Part shown: positions 55,111 to 64,000 of the stretch, piece by piece
Layout of the letters: every line of letters begins with the position of its first letter
How positions within the stretch are numbered: the stretch's first letter is position 1
NCBI GenBank assembly: GCA_053919585.1
Contig: CM132786.1
DNA length: 64,000 nucleotides
Reading direction: 5' to 3' (one strand)
Origin: Euprymna scolopes
Lineage: Eukaryota
Notes under the pieces: model-generated
What the model was told of the DNA's origin: nothing
Seen by the model: only the letters and a program-made list of their open reading frames with translations
Database searches by the model: none
Program-made: the position numbers and the translations under genes

Positions 55111-55890
55111 AGTTTCGTTTCATGAGAAGTTTTATAAGGATAGCTTGTTTTATATTGCAAATTCTTCCTATAATCATGCAGTTGTTGATTTGGAAAAAAG
55201 TTCTTAAAAATTGCTGAGCCTCTTGGATTGCAGGTAAAAAATCATGAATACATCGGCAGTTCCATATTTTTTTTTAAATCGATCATTGCATCTTATGTGC
55301 GTTCATGTTTATATCGAGGGCTCTGTTGCTGGTAGCTTGCTCAATTGACCCACGTTTCCAATATGACCATCAACACATAGTCAGTCTCTCAAGTGAGTTT
55401 ATACGGAAACTCTTAGTTCCTTCGGTCAGTTTTCATGTAAATAAGTATCCAATATTTTATTTAAGCATACATATCAGCTTTACCTTGTGTGAATACCTTT
55501 CTACATTTTATGAACGATTTTAAACTCTCCTCACATTCCAAAATCATGTGCGTGTATACTATATTTTCCCTATTACGAAATTTTGTTGTAAGGTTTTTTT
55601 CCCACAGCAAAAGAATACTGTTCTTGATCTGTCCAATGAAGGAATAGATACTGCAAATCATCACATACCTTATTTGTTTCACATACCTTATTTATTTCAG
55701 GGACTTATTGTACTTGATTGTTCCTGATATGAAAAATGATGTCCGATGAAAGAATGCCTGACTCACTATTACCACAGATACCACCTGTGCCTCAAGAACA
55801 TTGAAACGACGTTTCTCTTTTTTCTCGATGTTTTATCAGCTTGTAAATATTTAAAGTCATCACATGCATCATTCTCCATACGCATCTTAA
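55111..55890 (-). mobile_element. Helitron RepHel (Rep region) relic
   Basis: Ordered motifs KRRFNV..VVIV, CDDLQYLF, CRKVFTQGKADMYA, KELRV, SPRYKHERT*DAM, DVFM-FTCNP correspond to Helitron RRFNAP, YDALQYP, VDMYAK, GSPRYM..DAM, PDLFITFTCNP. Confidence 0.7.
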
Positions 55891-55895
55891 AGTTT

Positions 55896-56186
55896 TGTTA
55901 TGTTGAACAAAGATGGCGGCAGTAAATCAAATCGGCAAAGAATCAATGCAGTCACGATTTCGAGCGTTGAGTAATTCTTAGTAACAAAGATGGCGGCGAA
56001 GAATCAATGCAGCCCGGTCTTGAGTGTTAAGTAATTCCTAATAACAAAGATCGCAGCGAAGTGCAGTCACGATATAGTCGTTTCGAGACAAAGGCCAATG
56101 CCGAACAGATTTAATCCAAAATTCGACATTATTTATAATAACTATTGAAGCTTCTGATTAGTTGATTGCTTTAACTGTGGTGTCGA
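55896..56186 (+). mobile_element. LTR-like segment with three ~60-75 bp repeats and a PBS-like TGGTGTC
   Basis: Starts TGTTA; aacaaagatggcggc at ~55906 and ~55983, variant at ~56043; tggtgtcg at ~56178. Confidence 0.4.
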
Positions 56187-56956
56187 AATCATTTGTCATA
56201 CTCTCATTAGAAGTGAGGATGGTCTCCTTGCTGCTTCGGAGACTTGGAGACTGGGTACAAAGTACTTGTAAACAATCCGTTCTTGACACTCAGCCCGACA
56301 GGTGAGGGGCCGGAACCGGCCCTGTACCTGTCGGACTGAAGTGCGCCGCTTGGGTATCACACCAGAGGTCCATCCCTCCAGGCCTTGCCACTCGGCTTTC
56401 GGGTGGGACAAGCTTATTGTCTGTCGCCTGCGAAACCTCGAACGGGGAATGCCGACGAGGGTACCCTGGAATTTTTTTTGGGAATAAATTACAAAAACGA
56501 CAATTCTGTGTTTCATAGTTGATAGGAAGACCAAGAAGCTGATACGCTCAAAGAAGAATCAAGTTTCCCAGCTTATAGCTACAACAGGACTAAGACCGGA
56601 AAGAATAAATAAATTTAAAAGTTACATAACATAAAATGCACTTGTTAAGACAGAAGACGACTGTTTAAATTTTTCCATCATCATGAAGGATTATATACTG
56701 CATATGGAATATATGGAAAGGAGAAGGACGAGTGAACACTCGTGTAATCCGAAACAACTTTATCCCCGAAATCATGCGCTCAAACCCTGGAGAAAAAATA
56801 AAGTAGATGTAATGTGCTCTCAGGATCTTGGCGGAAATAAATTCAAAGTGCTGTTCAAACTGACAGAAAAGCTAGTCGCTGAACATAAACCGGAAAATAA
56901 AAATGAAACCAAGTTTTTCCCCGACTTCATATTCCCGAACCCCAAAAATTCCTAAG

Positions 56957-59053
56957 GTTATTACCAGGATTCGGTTCTTGGGCTCGGGAAGGAGTGAGTC
57001 ACTCTCTCGACAACAGCACGTTTCTGCCCTCCTGTTTTCCAATCGACCACACCTGTCCTCTCGCCAGTAATGTCACACCGCACAATCCTAACGTTAGCAA
57101 TACAAAATTCTTTTCAAGAGATGTTCACGACTCTTTTCTCTCTGCTCCCCCAGGGAATTTCCCCTGCTTTTATATCCTCCTCTCTAGAAAAAAAGGAAGA
57201 GACAGGAAAAATAGCTTCTCACATCATGCTCTGCCTTCCCAAGATGCCCTTCGCGTATACAAATGCGTTGAGCATCCTTTCATTCTTCTTTCCCAATGAG
57301 CGAAGCAGATACGCGCGGTACGTTTCTTTTTTTTTCTTCTTCTTTTCTAACCATATACCCCACACACCCTCCTGATCTTCGAGATCAATAAGACACTTCA
57401 TAATCCTTCATCCAAGCAGGCCTCCTCCTCTCACGTTTAGGCCTCTCGGGGACAATTTCTTGGGGGATGACATTTTCAGGTTCAATACAGACATTCTCGT
57501 CCAGTTGTAAAGAACCACAATGTGGGGCTAACTCGAATTGCGGTGCTTCGTTAGCTTCTTGGTGGATATCGACTTCCTCCTCTTCTATGTCATCACTGCG
57601 CACCGGTAGGGTTACACGACGCAGGTCTAGGATATGCCGGGGAACGCCATTCACCATTACGTTGTTCTTTGACTGCGTTCCCGTTACGACCCCCCTCCTC
57701 CAGCGAGTGGTACATTTTGCATTAGGGGTGGCTTTACCCACACCTCCTGATCCACTTTAATGGTAGCTTCTTCGCCCTTAATTCCTACCGTTTTGTTGCA
57801 CGGATGCCACCACTTACATGCGAAGATGGCTCTATGAGGCACAGTTGTCTCATCTTGTCTGATTTTCGGTGAGATGTTGTACCAAACCACCGCCTCCATG
57901 GGTGGAATGTTGTTTTTTTTCCGCAGCAGCCTTGATGGTGCGATGATTCCTCTCCACTAGCCCATTGCCACTCAGCCGTTACGTTACCTTAAAAAAATTG
58001 CCTTACTCCCCACCTATCACACACCTCTTTAAAGGCTTCTGATCGAAAAGCGAGGACATTGTCCATTAACAGTTCCTCAACCGGCCCTCTTTCCAAAAAT
58101 ATTTCTTCGATGACCCCTGCGATCGCCCATGCAGCTTCTGCCCTGATCTCTCTCCATATGGCAAACTTCTCCGGTTCACATTCGATCATCGACAGATACA
58201 GCTTATGGCGATAATGGGCCACATCAATGGCCAATCGCTTCCAGTCCTCTGCAATGTATAACTCTCCTGCTTCATGTCTGGATGGTCCAGGGTCTATCGA
58301 TTGGCACCCCTGACAGTGCTCCATTACCTCACTGACCTCCTTCTCGGTGGTTTCCGGGTAAACATCTCTTGCCAGGAATAACGTCCGTTCTCGACTAAAG
58401 TGGTGTATTTCATGTAACTTTTAACTTCCTCTCCTGCACAGGTACTGAGTAATCCTCCTTTCTCTCTTGCAGCTAGGTCTTCTTTACCCGTGTCATCGAA
58501 CCCGCCTTGTTCTTTTCTGATCGGGTCAGCACTACAGATACCTTCAACTGGTATTCCGCTATCAAATTTGCAAGTGTTCCAAGCCTGCTCTTGATCAGCA
58601 TTTCTGCAGCACCTCTGGTCCTAAATCTCTTATTGCCAGTCACTGCTGACCTGATCCATGAAACTACCGTTGCCGAATCGGATTTTTAATCGTTTTCAAT
58701 CCCCACTTCAGGGCCAGATTGATTCCTTTCATAGCGGCCTCCAGTTCGGCTACGTTGATATAGGAATAACCGTTTTCCTTCCTTAACCACGCCTCCCCTC
58801 TCTAATACGACGCCCAATGCCAGACTGCTGGAATCACACGACTCTTTTCTCTCCGCTCCCCTAGGGAATTTTTCCCTGCTTTTATATCCTCCTACAGGAA
58901 AAATAGCTTCTCCCATCATGCTCTGCCTTCCTAAGATGCCCTTCGCGTATACAAATTCGCTGGCCATCCTTTCCTTCTTCTTTCCCAAAGAGCGATGCAG
59001 ATACACCCGGTACGTTTCTTTTTTTCTTCTTTTCTAACCATATACTCCACACA
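56957..59053 (-). mobile_element. Internally deleted Ty3/Gypsy element: 3' LTR ~56957-57366, integrase, RNase H remnant, partial 5' LTR 58836-59053
   Basis: HH..CQGC, LAIDV, LMDN, GLVERNHRTIK (integrase); CDSSSLALGVVL (RNase H); PPT aggaggg before TGTGTG; ~220-bp LTR duplicate. Confidence 0.85.
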
Positions 59054-61646
59054 GCAAAAGCTGTTCCCTTCCACTAAAGACATCACCTACGCGTATTACA
59101 ACAGCCCTTCCTAGAAGAGAAAAAATGACAAGTCTGTAGACCAAAAAACAATAATTTCCCAAAACGCTTCCCTTTCAACACCCCCTGAAATACGTCCTAA
59201 AACACACCCTCCTTCCCCCAATGAAAATTGGCATGCCTCCCTTCTCATTCTCCCTTTCATCCCGACACTCTGTCCGAAGAAGAAAGACCCAGAAGCCCCT
59301 CGATAGAAACCGAATCTAGGAAAAAAACCCTCTTCAATGGCAAAGCTTTTCATAAGATTACACAGGAACAAGAAATTATATTGAAAAACTACAACCAGAA
59401 AGACTACAAAGCTCCTTTTTATTTGACTTGTTACGGCAGTCTGAAATAGGGAATAAGCGACAGGACTGTGGTACATGCTTGAGGAAACAAATTCTGCTTT
59501 TGATATACTTCCTCCTTAATAATAAAGGCTTAATTGAAATCAAAAAGTAATGTGTTGAGCGGGTCCCCATAAAGGTCTATCCATCCTTATATCGAACCCT
59601 AAAATCAAGATTCCCATTGGGCATCGGCGGTCTGTCCCCTGACGGGTCCATCACTACTGAGATGACAACTGGTTCTATGGGGACAGCTGTAAGTGTCTTG
59701 ATACCGTCTATGTTTGTTCACAATCTCCAACCCTAAGTAAACCATGATGACCTTTAGCTAGTCTGAATGCCCCAGGGTTGAAGGACGCCTCTAGTAGACT
59801 TCGTGTTGCACGCGACCTTTAACGTCTCGTAGTGGATATCTGTTGTCTACAGGAAAACCACTTCATTCCTAGTGACTATCAGAGTGTGCTGCTTAGAGAT
59901 TTTAAGCTCTATTCATCACATGTTGATGCCTATCGGAGAGGGTTACCTGGCTAGGAAAACGCCCTCTTGATGCGACGTGTGACCCTGTATATGCAGATTC
60001 GGAAGGTAAATTGCACGTGCTGGATGTTATCATAAAGGGTGTGACATTCCGATTTATTGGGTTTATGCGCCCAATAACTGTACTGAGCTTGTTTTCCTTT
60101 TTCGGTAGCTCGAGCACTTTATAAATTCGTCTCGTCGGATAGATTTAGCGGGAGACTAGAACGCGGTCCTGGATCCCGAGTTAGGTCGCGGGGTTAATAA
60201 TTTAAGGGCTACTAATCAGAACCGGCCGCTAAAGCGTTTCGAGACTTTGTCGACAAGTTTTATCTTGTCTATAAATTACGAAACGAATAGCTCGAGGATG
60301 TAGTATAAACTTGGACAGGTCGACACGGCTCCACGCGTTGCAACTTTCGAGTTACATCGATCGGTTCTTACTTAGGAGAGTCTACCTAGGGGTATTAGGC
60401 TGTCCAAGTTTTTATAATATAGTTTAATCGTATCATAGGCTTGTCCGTTTAAGGTAAACTTATATACTGTTAGACCTAGGATGGCTAGTTACTGGATGTT
60501 CATCACGGCGTTACTCTACGTGAGGGATTTCCGGAACAGCTGTTACTAACAATTTAGATGGAACTAACGTGGGCTATTATTAGGCTAGTGATGGGGAGAC
60601 TTGAAAAGAGTAATTAGGTCATTCGCTGCTTATTTTAGCCGCCGACTAGTTCTAGAGCAGAGAAAGCGAAAATGAAAGATAGATTTGTAGGGCGATCTAG
60701 GCGAAAATAGTAATAGCTATACTATAGTTAGAGGGGGAATAGACTCTTTGGATAGCAGGGAGACTAGTTAGGGCAAGATTAAAAAGAGTACCAAAGAGAC
60801 AACAATATTGGCCGCGTCACTGCGTGCGGAGGAACGTCGACGATCTACTTATCGGCACATCGCCAATGTCACATTTCTGGACCGACGAACCGTGACATAT
60901 AAGGACGGAATCCTGGAAAGCTTTCGGGCTCATTTCCAGAAGCTTTTCACCATGAAACCCGGTATGATTAGTGAACAGTTATTTAGCTGATTTTCTCGTC
61001 TTGACGCGAGTGAAACGGCTAGGTAAGAGGAAGAAGTCTTCGGGGCTCTGAAACAGGTCGGGATAGACAGGACTCCTGGGATTGATGGTCTTCCCTACGA
61101 GGTTTATTTGATGTTGTCGCCTATTTTTATTCCTTCGCTGGCTGTTCTATTCAACTCCCAACTTAGAAACGGGTATATACCTAAATACTTTACAAGGGGG
61201 ATCATTAAATTACTATGCAAAGATAAAAATGGTTGGGATGAGATAGGTAAAAGATTTTGGCTAAGGTCTTAGCATATCGTCTGCAGATTGTCTTGCACCG
61301 TCTAATAAGTCGAGAATAGACCTGTTCTGTGAAGGTCCGGACGATTCAAGATAATTTGTACACGATACGCTTGACCGTAGACAAAGTAGGCACAGAAGCC
61401 GCGCTGATCAATCAGTCTAGGGTATTCGATAGGGTGGACCATCTATGCCAAGAGGCTGTTCTTTTCTCGGCTGGGTGTGATCCTCAGGTTCACTCTTGGA
61501 TTCTTCTCTTGTATGCTAATCCCGGTGCTGTGGTGGCAGTGAATGGGATGAGATCAAAGCCCTTCGATTCGACAAGATCTATTGAGGGTTCGAGTTTACG
61601 AAGAAGGAGCGTCGCTCAATATGGATTTGGGCGCCCGGGATGAGCT

Positions 61647-62958
61647 GCTTTATTTTAATTACATATTCACACCAAACAAGGCACATTGCCACTTTGCTGT
61701 AGGGGGCTACTATTAGTGGTAACATCTACTGGAGTACTATGTAGGGATTTGGGCAGCAAGGTGTCTGTTCAAGTTACACTTGAACTTCTGCACGTCAGTA
61801 CAGTTGGGGAAGCAGGGACCCGGAATGGAATTCCAAAGTCTAGCGGTTCTGGGAAGAAACTACTGGAATAGAAAGATCTTTTACATCTACGGATTTCTAC
61901 TGTGTGGAGGTCAGATTTAGCTTCCTGTCGGGTTTGTCGAGGATGCTTACGTCGTGGGGGCAGAAGTGCATGCTGTTCGTCAGAGCATTCTCCATTAAAA
62001 TACTTGTGGAAAAGGCAGAGGGATGCAACATTTCGTCGATGGGACAGAGGCTGAAGCTTAGATTCCAGTTTAGGGCCTATCAGATTGGTGACTCTCTTTT
62101 GAACCTTGTCTAGGAGCGAGAGATTAGTAGCAGATGCACCAGTCCAAATATTACACCAATACTCCATACATGGGCGAATGGTGGCCTTATAGAGGTACAG
62201 GATACTTTCGAGTGTTAGTAATTTTCTAGGACGGTAGGGAGAGCCTGCCTTCTTTGCAGCGGACCTGGCAATGCTTTCAATGTAATTGTTCCTACTCATG
62301 TTTCCTGTGAACGTTAGGCCAAGGAGTTTGAAAGATGTACTCTAAGATAAAGTGTCGTTGGCCATTGCTATTGGTGATAGAGAAGGTTTATTGTATTTAT
62401 TGAATGAAACTAGTTGGCGGCATTGAACGTGACCATCTTTTTTTTGTCCCCATTCCACTACAGATCGGAGGTCATCCTCTAATGTTTCTTCCATTTCTTT
62501 AGATATGTGTTCATTTGTTTTCCTGTCGTCTGTTATAGAGGGTTGTGTCATCAGCATATATACCCATCTCAGAGGCAATTTTGTCGGGTAGGTCATTTAT
62601 GAATATTAGGAAAAAAAGAGGTCCAAGGATAAACACTTGGGGCACTCCCGAATTTATATCATATTGTTTAGATGTGCGACCGTCGAGGACAACCTGGATT
62701 TTTCTCTTATCTAAGAAGGATTTAATTTTGTTTAGTATTATACCAGTGATACCCTATGATCTAATTTTCCTGAGGAAACCCTCATGCCATACCCTGTCAA
62801 AAGCCTTTGATATATCTGGAGCTACCGCTCTACCCTCCCATGATTTGTCCAGTGAATGGTATATACGTTCAGAGATTACAGTTAGGATGTCTGCTGTGGA
62901 ATGGTCTTGCCTAAATCCATATTGTTGCTCAGTCAGAAGTTTAGCACCAGATATAATT
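61647..62958 (-). mobile_element. 5'-truncated CR1/L2-group LINE (RT and 3' end)
   Basis: QYGFR..STAD, DISKAFDRVWHEG, GVPQ..LGP, YADD, LYKATIRPCMEY, HRRNVASL; frameshifted. Confidence 0.88.
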
Positions 62959-63844
62959 ACGAGGCTTCGATAATTACGAGGCATCACTCAACTGACTGGT
63001 TATTCGAAATGTCCTCTAGGTTGCAAAAACATTACCCAGCGGGTTATACAGACACCTAGTTGTGTCTAATGTTGAGATTGGGAGATAGACCTTGGTCATG
63101 CTTTCTTCAACTGTGCTATCGTTCGACCGCAGTGTGAACGCATGCTGAAACGGCACCGGTCATGAAGATAGAAGAACGCTATGTTTTTCTGTTTTTGCTA
63201 GAAGTTATGAAAGGCGTGATTTGGTCGACGTGACAGAAGTAGGTTTTCGAGAATGAGACCAACTCTGATCACCAAATTGTTCTCATTTTCAAATGCCGAT
63301 TGAGAATGTGCATAAAGCGGAGAAGGCGAAACTCTCTCCGCACAAATTCAACGAAACGTGGGTGAAAGTTTCGCGCCTGTACAGAGTGAGTGGATGTAGT
63401 CTTTAGTTTTTCTGGGACTTGATTTTGGTAATAGAATATTGAGAATCCTTAACAAACAAATTACACTACATCGGACGAATTAGAATGTGTTAGTTAGTCA
63501 TTTTTCTTAATTTTTACTTAGCTAGAGTATACATGAGCGCAATCACATTTTTAGTTTGTCCCTGCCCCATATCCCGTTTTTTGTCTTCTTTCTTTTGGTT
63601 TGATTATCTAGATTCCCGACCCCGGTTGATGACGGATAGGCTGATTTGTCAATAATGTAGGCCCATTTTTATTGTGCTTATAAAAAAAGTAAGTTTTCAT
63701 GGGGACCTACATCGTTTCGTCTGGCAAGTCTACCAATCTGCCATAATTATTCATGCGGGGTTCTTTTACTAACGGATCATTTTCTCATTGTAAATTTTTA
63801 TTCGTTTTTTTTTTATATATGACTTTTATCCACAAACTCCCACA

Positions 63845-63922
<78 letters not shown>

Positions 63923-64000
63923 TTTCGGGTTCTAATTAGGATTTACAGGAAGTGAGTTCGGTATTTTGGTGAAAAAGTTTACTTGATTAAACAATACTAG

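Larger units (their letters stand above)
56195..63690 (+). mobile_element. Tx1/L1-like LINE, decayed, interrupted by a Gypsy (56957-59053) and a LINE (61647-62958); the 5' UTR/ORF1 assignment is tentative
   Basis: ORF2 from ~59743: SLNAQGL, CLQENH, YAPN, AGD*NAVLDP, SYIDRF (APE); TPGIDGLPYE, LAKVLAYRL, IQDN, FDRVDH (RT); C-terminal HAFFNC; A-rich tail at ~63682. Confidence 0.75.

Noticed and set aside
2490-63935. Numerous YIYIYI and poly-I ORFs
   Set aside because: Translations of (TA)n and (ATT)n microsatellites.

Overview
AT-rich eukaryotic (animal, probably invertebrate; a mollusc such as a cephalopod is a guess from repeat content) genomic window. It is almost entirely decayed transposable elements and tandem repeats, and no intact protein-coding ORF is visible. 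Recognisable elements: a full-length decayed mariner; a three-level nest (CR1/L2-group LINE split by a non-autonomous Helitron, itself split by a Penelope-like element with YRDD RT, GIY-YIG and a hammerhead-like motif); Gypsy, Academ-like, Tc1, R4/Dong-like, piggyBac and Helitron Rep relics; and a Tx1/L1-like LINE interrupted by an internally deleted Gypsy and another LINE. Tandem arrays have units of 25 bp (~7.7 kb), 87 bp (~4.2 kb) and ~160 bp (~1.7 kb), plus many (TA)n tracts and six N gaps. The only host-gene candidate is a putative promoter (X-box/CRE-like) with an ATG first exon at ~43.0-43.6 kb. I found no convincing wholly new biological system. The best leads are the Penelope endonuclease with a very long insert, ribozyme-like or structured RNA motifs, the candidate first exon and a possibly horizontally transferred Tc1. 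All calls are by-eye motif recognition; no database searches were run.
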